A DNA stretch of 64,000 nt from Gammaproteobacteria bacterium. GTDB lineage: Bacteria; Pseudomonadota; Gammaproteobacteria; Arenicellales; Poriferihabitantaceae. A program made the position numbers and the translations under genes. The stretch lies in the NCBI GenBank assembly GCA_022822625.1, contig JAJEAV010000011.1:15955-79954 (forward strand), in the 5' to 3' direction. The notes under the pieces are model-generated. The model was given only the letters and a program-made list of their open reading frames with translations, had not been told where the DNA came from and did not search any database. Below are positions 40,189-49,049 of the stretch, one piece after another (position 1 is the stretch's first letter; the number at the start of each line of letters is the position of its first letter).

Positions 40189-40584
40189 TCATAAGCTGTG
40201 GTTGGATATCATGTCTAACAACATCCTTGACCCCTCCAACCCCTGATCTGCCGCCTTGCTTAACCATGTCTTCGCAACCCTGGCGTTCTGTTTGACACAG
40301 TCTCCGTCAAGATACATGCAGCCCAGTCCGTGCTCGGCCAGGGCCACACCCTGCTCTGCGGCCGCAGTCATCCATCGGTATGCCATCAGTTCATTGCGAA
40401 CAACTCCCAACCCTCTTTGATGCATGATCGCCAATCGATATTGAGCCTCAGCCACACCATTCTCGGCGAGCGGTCCGAGCAACCGCATCGCTTGTGAAAA
40501 ATTCTTGGCCTCGAATGCACCAATGCCACTCGCAAGATCCATTGCCGAATCACTATTTTCGCTGATGGGAATGTCTTCGGACAT
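40189..40584 (-). CDS. Sel1-repeat (SLR/TPR-like) protein
   Basis: 131 aa with Sel1 repeat patterns (AEAQYRLAIMHQRGLGVVRNELMAYRWMTAAAEQG, LAEHGLGCMYLDGDCVKQNARVAKTWLSKAADQG). Confidence 0.8.
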   Translation of the reverse strand: MSEDIPISENSDSAMDLASGIGAFEAKNFSQAMRLLGPLAENGVAEAQYRLAIMHQRGLGVVRNELMAYRWMTAAAEQGVALAEHGLGCMYLDGDCVKQNARVAKTWLSKAADQGLEGSRMLLDMISNHSL

Positions 40585-40594
40585 GGTTCAGTTT

Positions 40595-41239
40595 TCAGGA
40601 ATTATGGGTCAGTCCCTCTCGGACCGCCAGTACCGCCGCTTCAACTCGTGAATGCAGACCCAGTTTCTTCAGTATCGACTTGACATGCAGCTTGACGGTA
40701 CCGTCTGATATTCCAAGATCAAGTGCAATACGCTTATTGCTCTGACCTTCTGTCAAATGCCTCAAAATCTCCATCTCACGAGGTGACAGACAATCAAAAG
40801 CCGAATTTGATTTCTCATTCCCCTTGGTCTTTTGCTGAATGATGGATGCCAGCTTCCCGGCTAGCTGTGGTGCAACCACAACCTCACCCGCAATCACCTT
40901 CTTCATGGCGGCAACCAGTTCATCAGGGGCCATGTCCTTCAACAAGTAACCGTTGGCCTGATGTTGCAAACACTCCGCCAAATCGGAAGCCTCATCACTC
41001 GTGGTCAAGACAAGGATCGGCAATCCCGCATGATTCCTGCGCAAAGTCCTGAGTGTCTGAATGCCGTCCAGCTCCGGCATGCGAAGATCGACCATGACTA
41101 CGTCCGGGCACTTACTACCCACCGATTCAATGCCTTCAGCCCCACTCGAAAAGGAAGTTACTTCAACACCTCTGCGCCTCAACAATCCCTCCAGACCCTC
41201 TCTGAAGAGCGCATGATCATCAATCAATACCGCTTTCAT
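40595..41239 (-). CDS. NarL/FixJ-family response regulator (receiver + LuxR-type HTH)
   Basis: Receiver (VVMVDLRMPELDG, LVLTTS, GYLLKD) plus HTH (LSPREMEILRHLTEGQSNKRIALDLGISDGTVKLHVKSILKKLG). Confidence 0.9.
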   Translation of the reverse strand: MKAVLIDDHALFREGLEGLLRRRGVEVTSFSSGAEGIESVGSKCPDVVMVDLRMPELDGIQTLRTLRRNHAGLPILVLTTSDEASDLAECLQHQANGYLLKDMAPDELVAAMKKVIAGEVVVAPQLAGKLASIIQQKTKGNEKSNSAFDCLSPREMEILRHLTEGQSNKRIALDLGISDGTVKLHVKSILKKLGLHSRVEAAVLAVREGLTHNS

Positions 41240-41286
41240 CTCTCAACATGCTATGGACTTTTCATTGTACCGTACTGCCGAGAATC

Positions 41287-42876
41287 CTATCGATATTCAA
41301 ATTCGAGCAGGACTCGACTTCCTTCTCCCGGCTCGGACTCGCATTTCAGATCAGCACCGAGCTTGGTTGCTCGTTCAGCCATAATCTGCAACCCGACATG
41401 CTCTCCCAACTGAACAGGCCCCGATAATTGCTGTTCATCGTATCCTACCCCATCATCCTCGACAACAATTCGACAAAATCCACCGCGATTTCTGAGCAAT
41501 ACCCTGACATTATTCGCTCTGGCATGCTTTTTCGCATTATTCAGAGCTTCCTGAACAATGCGAATTACATCGGTTCTCATGTCCGGGGCAAGGTCGTCAT
41601 CCTGCCACTCGTTCTGAAAAAACACTGAAAGGTTGGTATCCCGTCGACATCGTTCAACCAGCTTGGCAACTGAACCGGGAACATCCTGCAACTGATAAGG
41701 TGCCCGAAACTGGCCGATCAGGGAACGCAGCTCCAGAACTGCCTCCTCAACCTGCTCTTCCAGTTTCTCCATCTCCTCCCAAGTCACCTGCTCGTCACCC
41801 TGATGTAGGGTCTCATCCAGTACCCGTACCTGAATACGAAGACCGGAAAGTGTCTGCGCCAGTGAATCATGCAGTTCGTTGGCAAAACGTGCTCTGGCTT
41901 CAATCATGTACAAACGCCCGGATTCATCGTCCAGACGGAATTGCTCGAGCATGACTCCGAGATGTTGTCCAATATTCAAATACAACCTGCGGTTTTCTGG
42001 ATTGACTGCTTCCTCTCCATCGAAGAAAAGCTGCAAGGTTCCGAGGTAGGTATCCAGATACTGAATCGGAATCTTCACGGTATACATGGGGTTTGAATTC
42101 ACGGATTCCCCATGCACGGCATCTGTTGTCTGAAACTCCACCTCTCGGTGATTCTGCCTGGCCTCCTGCAAACTGTCGGTCTCCGTCACATATGGACTAT
42201 CTGCGGACAATCCATGACTGTGCACCAATTCAAGCTGACCCTGAACGAGAATCCTGATCACCGAGGCTCTTGCCTTAAACACATCCCTGAAGCGGTCCAT
42301 AAAATGACTGAACAGTTCCTCAACCGTATCAAAGTGGGTGGATGAACTGACAACCTCATACAGCAATTCCAATGACAGCGTCTTTTGCTCCAGTCTTTGA
42401 GTCTGTTCACTTACCTGATTCTTCAAACCCTGCCGCATCTCGAGCATGTGCTTGCTCAAGCGATTGATTTGCTCGATCAACCCTTCAAAATCACCACTGC
42501 CAGGTTCTGGAATCTGGGCACCCATGTTGCCATCGCTGACCTCTTCGGCCCAGTCGTGCACCTGTCGTATCGGGTGAATCAGAACGGTTCGAATCATGAT
42601 CATGCCGCGAACGATACAAGACATCGCTCCCACGACATAAATCCAGTCAGGTATCCAGAACCCCGGCAAATCAAGCTTGCCCAGCAGAGTCTGAGCCAAC
42701 CAGGCACAAAGCAGCAAAATTGCCCCGAAAAGTGGCAACATAACCTGCCGGCAAATCAGCCCGAATCCTGGTCGAAACCACCGAGTTTGAGGCGGCACCA
42801 GACATTCGGGTTCGAAAGACCCGCTTGATCTTGACTTCGAACCAACCGTGTTAAAACCCATCAGACCAACAAACAA
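41287..42876 (-). CDS. Sensor histidine kinase, HisKA_3 (NarX/NarQ/DegS-type core) without a periplasmic sensor domain
   Basis: Two N-terminal TM helices separated by a very short loop, then a HAMP-like segment. H-box FANELHDSLAQTLSGL. HATPase motifs IVQEALNNAKKHA, DDGVGYD and GLQIMAERA. The start is uncertain (alternative Met around residue 45). Confidence 0.85.
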   Translation of the reverse strand: MFVGLMGFNTVGSKSRSSGSFEPECLVPPQTRWFRPGFGLICRQVMLPLFGAILLLCAWLAQTLLGKLDLPGFWIPDWIYVVGAMSCIVRGMIMIRTVLIHPIRQVHDWAEEVSDGNMGAQIPEPGSGDFEGLIEQINRLSKHMLEMRQGLKNQVSEQTQRLEQKTLSLELLYEVVSSSTHFDTVEELFSHFMDRFRDVFKARASVIRILVQGQLELVHSHGLSADSPYVTETDSLQEARQNHREVEFQTTDAVHGESVNSNPMYTVKIPIQYLDTYLGTLQLFFDGEEAVNPENRRLYLNIGQHLGVMLEQFRLDDESGRLYMIEARARFANELHDSLAQTLSGLRIQVRVLDETLHQGDEQVTWEEMEKLEEQVEEAVLELRSLIGQFRAPYQLQDVPGSVAKLVERCRRDTNLSVFFQNEWQDDDLAPDMRTDVIRIVQEALNNAKKHARANNVRVLLRNRGGFCRIVVEDDGVGYDEQQLSGPVQLGEHVGLQIMAERATKLGADLKCESEPGEGSRVLLEFEYR

Positions 42877-42913
42877 TTCTCATCACAACATGCGGACAAC
42901 ACGGCCGACTGAA

Positions 42914-43231
42914 CTATTGCTTTTGGCCCGGCTTGATGTGTTCCCTGTCGTTTGGATTGACAAATATGAAATGATACCCTCCATCTTCCATTTCGACATA
43001 GTCCAACTCTGCTCCTGCAAGCAATTCCGTACTGGTCGGCGCAACCACAATATCAATGCCATTACTGTTGCTGTAACTGTCGTTATGATCACCGCTGTCA
43101 AACCCCATCGCATAATCAAGAGTACCATTGGCAAGACGTCTCGCGGCAATCCTCAAGAACATGCCCTCTGACTGGGTTTCCTCCATCGAAAATCGAATTT
43201 GCCTGGCCGCTGCTTTGGAAATGGTAATCAT
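42914..43231 (-). CDS. dsrR: DsrR, IscA/HesB-like protein lacking the cluster-binding cysteines
   Basis: MITISKAAARQIRF...FLRIAA...GFD...LDYVE...GYHFIFVNPN has IscA architecture, with no Cys anywhere in the 105 aa. It follows dsrN. Start taken at 43231, 1 nt after the dsrN stop. Confidence 0.75.
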   Translation of the reverse strand: MITISKAAARQIRFSMEETQSEGMFLRIAARRLANGTLDYAMGFDSGDHNDSYSNSNGIDIVVAPTSTELLAGAELDYVEMEDGGYHFIFVNPNDREHIKPGQKQ

Positions 43232-43232
43232 G

Positions 43233-44657
43233 CTAGTGTCTCTCGGTATATTGTATTCGACCTCGTGCATGACTCCGGGCAATGTAACGGGTGAAATGCT
43301 CAATCCAGGGATAGCTCCGTGTGTTTCTTAAATGCGAAAAACCTGCAAGTACACCCTGACGGACAAACCCATCATGCTTGCCATCTACACCATGCCCACG
43401 AACAATCTCCCAGGCATAGTCGATATCCTCTTCAATACCCTCTATCGATGAATGGTGAAATTCATGTGCTCGTACCACTGGAGATGATTGACACCCAGCA
43501 AATTCCGGGTTCTGATGCCAAAGGTGCCTGCCCGTAGGCGCCAACTCAACATAACCACGTCCGACGGGGCGCTCGTGCATCCTGACATCAACCGGAAAGT
43601 ATCCCACCATACGATTGCGACGACCCTGCCAGTCAAGACTGCGAGCCAGATACATCAGCCCACCACATTCGGCATATACCGGGCGACCTGATCTACAAAA
43701 ACCAGCAATGGACTCAAGCATGGATTGATTGCACTCCAGCCGTTCTGCATGCAGCTCCGGAAACCCGCCACCGATAAACAGTGCATCCACTTCCGGCAAC
43801 CCACCATCTTCCAGTGGACTGAAATAGTGAATGTCAATCCCGGCCTCCTCAATCATCTCGATATCATCACAATAATAAAATGAAAAAGCCCGGTCACGTG
43901 CGATACCAAGTCGCAATCCCCTTACATACGGCAACTGCTCCTTGCAGTCCTGAAGCATCAGGTCAATACGATGCTTTTCAAGAAGATTAATCAGCAAATC
44001 AATATCCAGAGCTGACTCAATGATCGATGCGGTCTTCTCAACATTTTGTGCGGCAACTGGATCTTCAACACTCGTCAACAAGCCAATATGCCTTTCATCA
44101 ATGGTCATTTCTGGTTGATGGGATACAGCACCGATCACCGGCAGATCTGTATAGTTCCTGATCGCAGAGCGAAGCTTTGATTCATGCCTGAGACCCGACA
44201 CATTATTCAGAATCACCCCAATCAGGTTAAGTTCCGAATCGAAAGTCTGATATCCCATCAAAAGTGGTGCAATACCTCGCGTCATGCCTTTGCAGTCGAC
44301 CACCAGAATGACCGATAACCCCAGATGTTTGGCGAGTGCCGCATTACTGTCTGCACCTGAGGCACTGACACCATCAAACAGGCCCATGGTACCCTCAACC
44401 AGTGCCATATCCTTATTCCGGCAGCGATAGGTAAACTTTTCCGCTATCTCCTGCTCGGTCATGCTGTTGAAATCCAGATTCACGCAGGGGTTGCCAGCAG
44501 CAATCCCAATCCACATCGGATCAATATAATCCGGACCTTTCTTGAACGGTGCCAGATTTACTCCCCTGTTCCTCAGTGCTTGACATAGGCCCATGGCAAT
44601 CATGGTCTTGCCTGAAGATCGACGGGTTGCCGACAACAAAAATCCCAACATGGTCAT
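43233..44657 (-). CDS. dsrN: DsrN, cobyrinic acid a,c-diamide synthase-like (siroheme amidase)
   Basis: 474 aa. CbiA/CobB-type N-terminal ATPase (SATRRSSGKTMIAMGL) plus a C-terminal GATase-like domain (YAECGGLMYL). Position inside the dsr cluster. Confidence 0.85.
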   Translation of the reverse strand: MTMLGFLLSATRRSSGKTMIAMGLCQALRNRGVNLAPFKKGPDYIDPMWIGIAAGNPCVNLDFNSMTEQEIAEKFTYRCRNKDMALVEGTMGLFDGVSASGADSNAALAKHLGLSVILVVDCKGMTRGIAPLLMGYQTFDSELNLIGVILNNVSGLRHESKLRSAIRNYTDLPVIGAVSHQPEMTIDERHIGLLTSVEDPVAAQNVEKTASIIESALDIDLLINLLEKHRIDLMLQDCKEQLPYVRGLRLGIARDRAFSFYYCDDIEMIEEAGIDIHYFSPLEDGGLPEVDALFIGGGFPELHAERLECNQSMLESIAGFCRSGRPVYAECGGLMYLARSLDWQGRRNRMVGYFPVDVRMHERPVGRGYVELAPTGRHLWHQNPEFAGCQSSPVVRAHEFHHSSIEGIEEDIDYAWEIVRGHGVDGKHDGFVRQGVLAGFSHLRNTRSYPWIEHFTRYIARSHARGRIQYTERH

Positions 44658-44687
44658 TGCTCACAAAAACCTGTCCATGATGGTCAG

Positions 44688-45881
44688 TCAGGATGAGTGT
44701 ACACGTTGCGCCTCGGCAGGAAGAAACGGTAAGACTCGAGTCACGACAAGAATAATGATGCCCACCACGGAAATTCCACCCAAACCAAGTGCCAGTTCTA
44801 GCCAGCTCGGCGCATAGTGGATAACAACACCATCAAAGAATGTGCTTCGGACCTGTTTGCCCGGAAACATTAGCTGTGGATAACTTTGTCCGGCAATCAC
44901 CATGACATAGAGCAAACAAAAGCTGCCGATCACTTTCGAGATCGCGGCACTCGCCAATCGGACACTGGTGTCTGGTTGGGTTTTGATCAGGAAAATCAGG
45001 CCGAGTGGCACTGCCGTACCAACAACAGCCTGTCCTGCCCAAAACAGGAAGGTATGGATACCGCCATTCACAAGCACAAACAAGACAACATCGTAACGGG
45101 TGGCAGTATACAGACCTGTCAAGAAAAACACGCAAACCAGAAATCCTTCCAGAGCAATCAGAATCCCGAGAAGTCGCATCAGGGAAAATGAAATTTCCGA
45201 CTTCATTGACGAGCCGGATAAACCCCCTACGATCCGGGTAACCAATATAAACACGGCGGTCCCCAACGATAGCGACAACACAATGAACAACGGCACCATC
45301 ATTGCGGAATGGTAAAACTGCCGGGCGACAATAAAACCAAAAATCGATCCGGTTCCTGCGGTCAATACAAATCGCCAGCCAAATGCAACCAGACCGGCGA
45401 CCTTTACATATTGATTCATTTTGCGCTCGAACATGAACCACAGGTAGATTCCAGCAACCGCAATAAATCCCGTATAAAGGAAAATGTTCCAGGCAAAGAT
45501 AGACTTGAAGTTGTAGTGTGTCATGGCAATGATCAGGCGATCAGGCCGTCCGAGATCCAGTACCAATATCAGCAAACCGCCAATCAGCAGGCTTATTGCG
45601 AGCAATCCAGAGAAGCGACTCCAACCTGAATAGATGGTTCTTCCAAACAGGGACGCCATTGAGGCGACATTCAGGGCACCCGAAGCGGAAAGAATGAGCG
45701 ATATCGCAAACACGTGTGGCAACCCCCATACTATCTGATTATTCATGCCGGTTACCCAATGCCCTTCACTTTCCATGTAATGGGCGGCACCCAGACCAAG
45801 CAAGGCAAGAGCCGCCAACGCCAGTGCAAGAGCGTAATAGGACGGGCTGTTGACGGCCAGGGTGCGATAGTGCTGACTCAT
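44688..45881 (-). CDS. dsrP: DsrP, NrfD/PsrC-like integral membrane subunit
   Basis: 397-aa polytopic membrane ORF directly downstream of dsrO. Confidence 0.85.
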   Translation of the reverse strand: MSQHYRTLAVNSPSYYALALALAALALLGLGAAHYMESEGHWVTGMNNQIVWGLPHVFAISLILSASGALNVASMASLFGRTIYSGWSRFSGLLAISLLIGGLLILVLDLGRPDRLIIAMTHYNFKSIFAWNIFLYTGFIAVAGIYLWFMFERKMNQYVKVAGLVAFGWRFVLTAGTGSIFGFIVARQFYHSAMMVPLFIVLSLSLGTAVFILVTRIVGGLSGSSMKSEISFSLMRLLGILIALEGFLVCVFFLTGLYTATRYDVVLFVLVNGGIHTFLFWAGQAVVGTAVPLGLIFLIKTQPDTSVRLASAAISKVIGSFCLLYVMVIAGQSYPQLMFPGKQVRSTFFDGVVIHYAPSWLELALGLGGISVVGIIILVVTRVLPFLPAEAQRVHSS

Positions 45882-45885
45882 GGCA

Positions 45886-46635
45886 TTATACGTTCCGGTA
45901 TCTGACGCCAGTATTCAGCTTCAGGTCCTCACGAATCTGACGGGATGGTTCATTCTTCAGGCTGAGAGAAATCTCACTGTCCGGGTTCATCATATCGCCA
46001 AAGGTCATCGCACCTCCCCCTTCGACATGACATGCCTCGACACAGGCAGGAGTGCGCCCCACATCAACCCGGTGCGTACAAAAGGTACAGCTCTCGACAA
46101 CACCCTTGCCTCGAGGGGACCAGGACCTCTGATTGGTCAAACTTTCGTGAACAAATGACCTCGCCTTGTAGGGACAGGCAATCATGCAGTATCGACATCC
46201 GATACATGTGTGTTTATCCACCAGCACAATCCCGTCATCCCGTCGGAACGAGGCACCCGTAGGGCACACATCCACACATGGGGGGTTTTCACAGTGCTGG
46301 CAAAGCATCGGCAATGAATCAACATGGGAAGTCTGCTCATCAACCAGATCAATCTTGCGTATCCACTGTGCATCCGTCTCGGGTCGGCCAAGGTCCTCAA
46401 GATTGTGTTCGGTGTTGCAGGCGGAAACACAGGCATCGCAACCGTTACCACATTTTTGCGTATCGATCAACAAACCCCAACGGACCAGTTTTGATGTCGC
46501 TTCCGACGAGGTTTTCGCCATGGCAAGTTCAACCAGATTGAGTCCTGCTCCGGCCAATGAAGCAACAACGGCCGAAACCATCAGTTTGCGTCGTTTCGAA
46601 TCCACGGTTTCAGGGTTTTCCGAATGACCGCTCAT
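45886..46635 (-). CDS. dsrO: DsrO, periplasmic 4Fe-4S ferredoxin-like subunit with Tat leader
   Basis: SKRRKLMVSAVVASLAGAG twin-arginine leader. Cys clusters CGNGCDACVSAC, CQHCENPPCVDVCP and CIGCRYCMIACP. The ATG at 46635 overlaps the dsrJ stop (ATGA). Confidence 0.85.
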   Translation of the reverse strand: MSGHSENPETVDSKRRKLMVSAVVASLAGAGLNLVELAMAKTSSEATSKLVRWGLLIDTQKCGNGCDACVSACNTEHNLEDLGRPETDAQWIRKIDLVDEQTSHVDSLPMLCQHCENPPCVDVCPTGASFRRDDGIVLVDKHTCIGCRYCMIACPYKARSFVHESLTNQRSWSPRGKGVVESCTFCTHRVDVGRTPACVEACHVEGGGAMTFGDMMNPDSEISLSLKNEPSRQIREDLKLNTGVRYRNV

Positions 46636-47063
46636 GGTATGACTGCCCATTTCTTCATCATGGCGTTTACGGACCCAGGCAATATGGCACTCATAGAACC
46701 GGAATATCCGGGGAGGTTGTCCGGTACAGCCGCATGACAGGAAAAACAGTCAATCTTGACACTTACCGCTTCATGACAGACTGAACAAAACTGACCCGAT
46801 CCATTGATGGGAATCGCTTCCTGCTGTTGACTGGTCTGGGTATGGCACTCAACACAATCGACAAGACTGTGGCGTATGGAGCGATCACCTTCCCGCATGG
46901 TCAAATCGCGGTCATGAAAAAGAAACTGCATGTGCTGCTTGCGCATGATTTCAGCAGGTTCGATGCACGTGTCTCCCTTACCACGTGGGATATCCAGCCA
47001 GTCGGCTGAAGACACGCTAGTCAAGAACATCATCAACAAGCAAGCCCACCAATGCAGGAACAC
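46632..47063 (-). CDS. dsrJ: DsrJ, triheme cytochrome c
   Basis: Signal-like N-terminus and three CXXCH motifs (CVECH, CSVCH, CFSCH). Confidence 0.85.
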   Translation of the reverse strand: MFLHWWACLLMMFLTSVSSADWLDIPRGKGDTCIEPAEIMRKQHMQFLFHDRDLTMREGDRSIRHSLVDCVECHTQTSQQQEAIPINGSGQFCSVCHEAVSVKIDCFSCHAAVPDNLPGYSGSMSAILPGSVNAMMKKWAVIP

Positions 47064-47066
47064 GCG

Positions 47067-49016
47067 TTACTCTCCCATACCCATATCGATATAACCGGTC
47101 GGACAGACATCCGCACAGATGTGACAACCGATGCATCGATCATAATCCGTATCGACATAGCGACCCATGGTTGACTTGTTCTTGCTAACTCGAAACACCG
47201 CATCCTGAGGACAGTAAATCACGCAGTTGTCACATTCAAAACACATGCCGCAACTCATGCACCGACCCGCCTCCTGCTGGGCGGCCTCGGCAGAAAGTCC
47301 CTGATGACGTTCCTCAAAATGGCTGAGTACGTGATCCTTGTCCGGCCCATGTGATTCTCTCAGATTTCTCGACTCGTAGCCGAAATGACCCAGAAACAAC
47401 TGATCGGATGAGATGATCTCGTGGGTACTGCGATCCTCGTAATTGTGGACTGCGAAATTGGCATCGCATGTCCCCCAGTCCTGGCTTTCGTCGTAGTCTT
47501 CAGGTTCCAGACTGTTTTCACGCAACTTGTCCAGGAGATTGAAATGATGCACATCGACCTTGGGGCGCTTGCCTGGCTCGACACTTTTCAGAAAGTTGTC
47601 AATCGAGTTGGCAGCGATAGAGGCCTGGCCAATTGCAGTCGTCAGAAGATGGGGGCGAATGATATCCCCGGCCGCAAAATGCCCCGGACGTTCGTTCATT
47701 CGATATAACGGATCGGCATCTATCAGGCCCCGACCGTTATCGAGGTCTTCCAAACCCTCAAGATTGCCAGCCTGTCCAATCGCAGAGACAATCAAATCGC
47801 ATTCAATCTCGAATTCCGTACCATCAACTGGCTGTGGACGCGCATTGGAATCAATCGTGCATTCTGCCAGCTTGAGTGCACGGGCACGACCCTCACCATC
47901 AAGCAATACCTCAATGGGCATCACGCCATAGTGAATATCAACTCCTTCATGCAACGCATCTTCAACTTCATGATCGGTAGCAGTCATCTCGGAACGCGGA
48001 AACAGGGAAGTGAGGGTTACCTCAGCACCTTCCCGCATGGCCGCAACAGCCGAGTCATGGGCCACATAACCTCCAATCACCTCCTCGGCGCGCAGAGACT
48101 TGTTCAAATTGCTGATTTTTCCGAGACGTCTGGCGACTGACACTACATCGATGGAGGTATCACCACCGCCAACACAGATTACCCGATCGGCACTGACCTG
48201 AAGCACCCCCTTGTTGAATGCCTCGAGAAATTCGACCCCACTGACGCAGTTCGGTGCCTGCGAGCCCGGAACGGGCAGAGATCGTCCGCTTTGACAGCCA
48301 ATACACCATAATATCGCATCAAAATTCTTTTCCAGACTTTTCATTGACACATCAACGCCAATCCTGACATCCGTCTTGACTTCGATACCGCCCATATCAA
48401 GAATGCGTTGTATTTCATGATCAAGATAATCACGCGGCGTTCTGTATCCGGGAATGCCGTAGCGCATCATGCCACCCAATTCAGAATGATCATCAAAGAT
48501 CGTCGAACCATGACCCTTTCTCCGCAACTGGTAAGCCGCAGCCAAGCCCGCTGGACCTCCACCCACAATGGCCACTCGGGAGCTACCGAGTTCCGGCGCA
48601 TGAAACACGAATTTTCGCTCAAAAGCAGTATCGCCTATGAATTGTTCTACTGCGTTAATCCCCACAAAGTCATCGACCTGGTTACGGTTGCAGCCTGATT
48701 CACAAGGTGCCGGGCAGACTCTTCCCATCATTGACGGAAAGGGATTGGCCTCTGTACTGCGACGAAATGCATATTCCTCCCAGCTTACATCCTGAGGTGG
48801 CTTTTCAGTGCCCTTGACGATCTGTAGCCACCCCCGTACATCTTCACCCGAAGGACAACTGCCCTGACAGGGTGGAGTACGGTGGATATAGGTAGGGCAC
48901 TTGTGTGAATGATCGGCACTGAAGATGGCCTCCTGAAGGTTGTCCCATTTGTAGTCTCCTTCTTCAAACGCCCTGAAAGTCAAATTAATGGATTGATTCT
49001 CGTCTTGATCTGTCAC
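47067..49016 (-). CDS. dsrL: DsrL, NAD(P)H-dependent iron-sulfur flavoprotein (GltD-like)
   Basis: 649 aa. GltD-like N-terminal Cys region, dinucleotide motifs VAIVGGGPAGLAAA and VICVGGGDTSID. C-terminal ferredoxin Cys clusters CMSCGMCFECDNCVIYCP and CIGCHICADVCPTG. Confidence 0.85.
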   Translation of the reverse strand: MTDQDENQSINLTFRAFEEGDYKWDNLQEAIFSADHSHKCPTYIHRTPPCQGSCPSGEDVRGWLQIVKGTEKPPQDVSWEEYAFRRSTEANPFPSMMGRVCPAPCESGCNRNQVDDFVGINAVEQFIGDTAFERKFVFHAPELGSSRVAIVGGGPAGLAAAYQLRRKGHGSTIFDDHSELGGMMRYGIPGYRTPRDYLDHEIQRILDMGGIEVKTDVRIGVDVSMKSLEKNFDAILWCIGCQSGRSLPVPGSQAPNCVSGVEFLEAFNKGVLQVSADRVICVGGGDTSIDVVSVARRLGKISNLNKSLRAEEVIGGYVAHDSAVAAMREGAEVTLTSLFPRSEMTATDHEVEDALHEGVDIHYGVMPIEVLLDGEGRARALKLAECTIDSNARPQPVDGTEFEIECDLIVSAIGQAGNLEGLEDLDNGRGLIDADPLYRMNERPGHFAAGDIIRPHLLTTAIGQASIAANSIDNFLKSVEPGKRPKVDVHHFNLLDKLRENSLEPEDYDESQDWGTCDANFAVHNYEDRSTHEIISSDQLFLGHFGYESRNLRESHGPDKDHVLSHFEERHQGLSAEAAQQEAGRCMSCGMCFECDNCVIYCPQDAVFRVSKNKSTMGRYVDTDYDRCIGCHICADVCPTGYIDMGMGE

Positions 49017-49049
49017 GGTTTCTTCCTCGACTTTTCTTGTTGCTTACTG

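Noticed and set aside
40174-40189. Possible intrinsic terminator after the Sel1 gene (AGTTTC-n4-GAAACT followed by a T-rich tract on the minus strand)
   Set aside because: The stem is only 6 bp and AT-rich and overlaps the stop codon. This is not convincing enough to annotate.
41287-42876. Annotating the kinase/regulator pair as the nitrate sensor NarX-NarL
   Set aside because: Only the HisKA_3/HATPase core and the LuxR output are shared. The periplasmic P-box sensor domain of NarX/NarQ is absent because the two TM helices are nearly contiguous.
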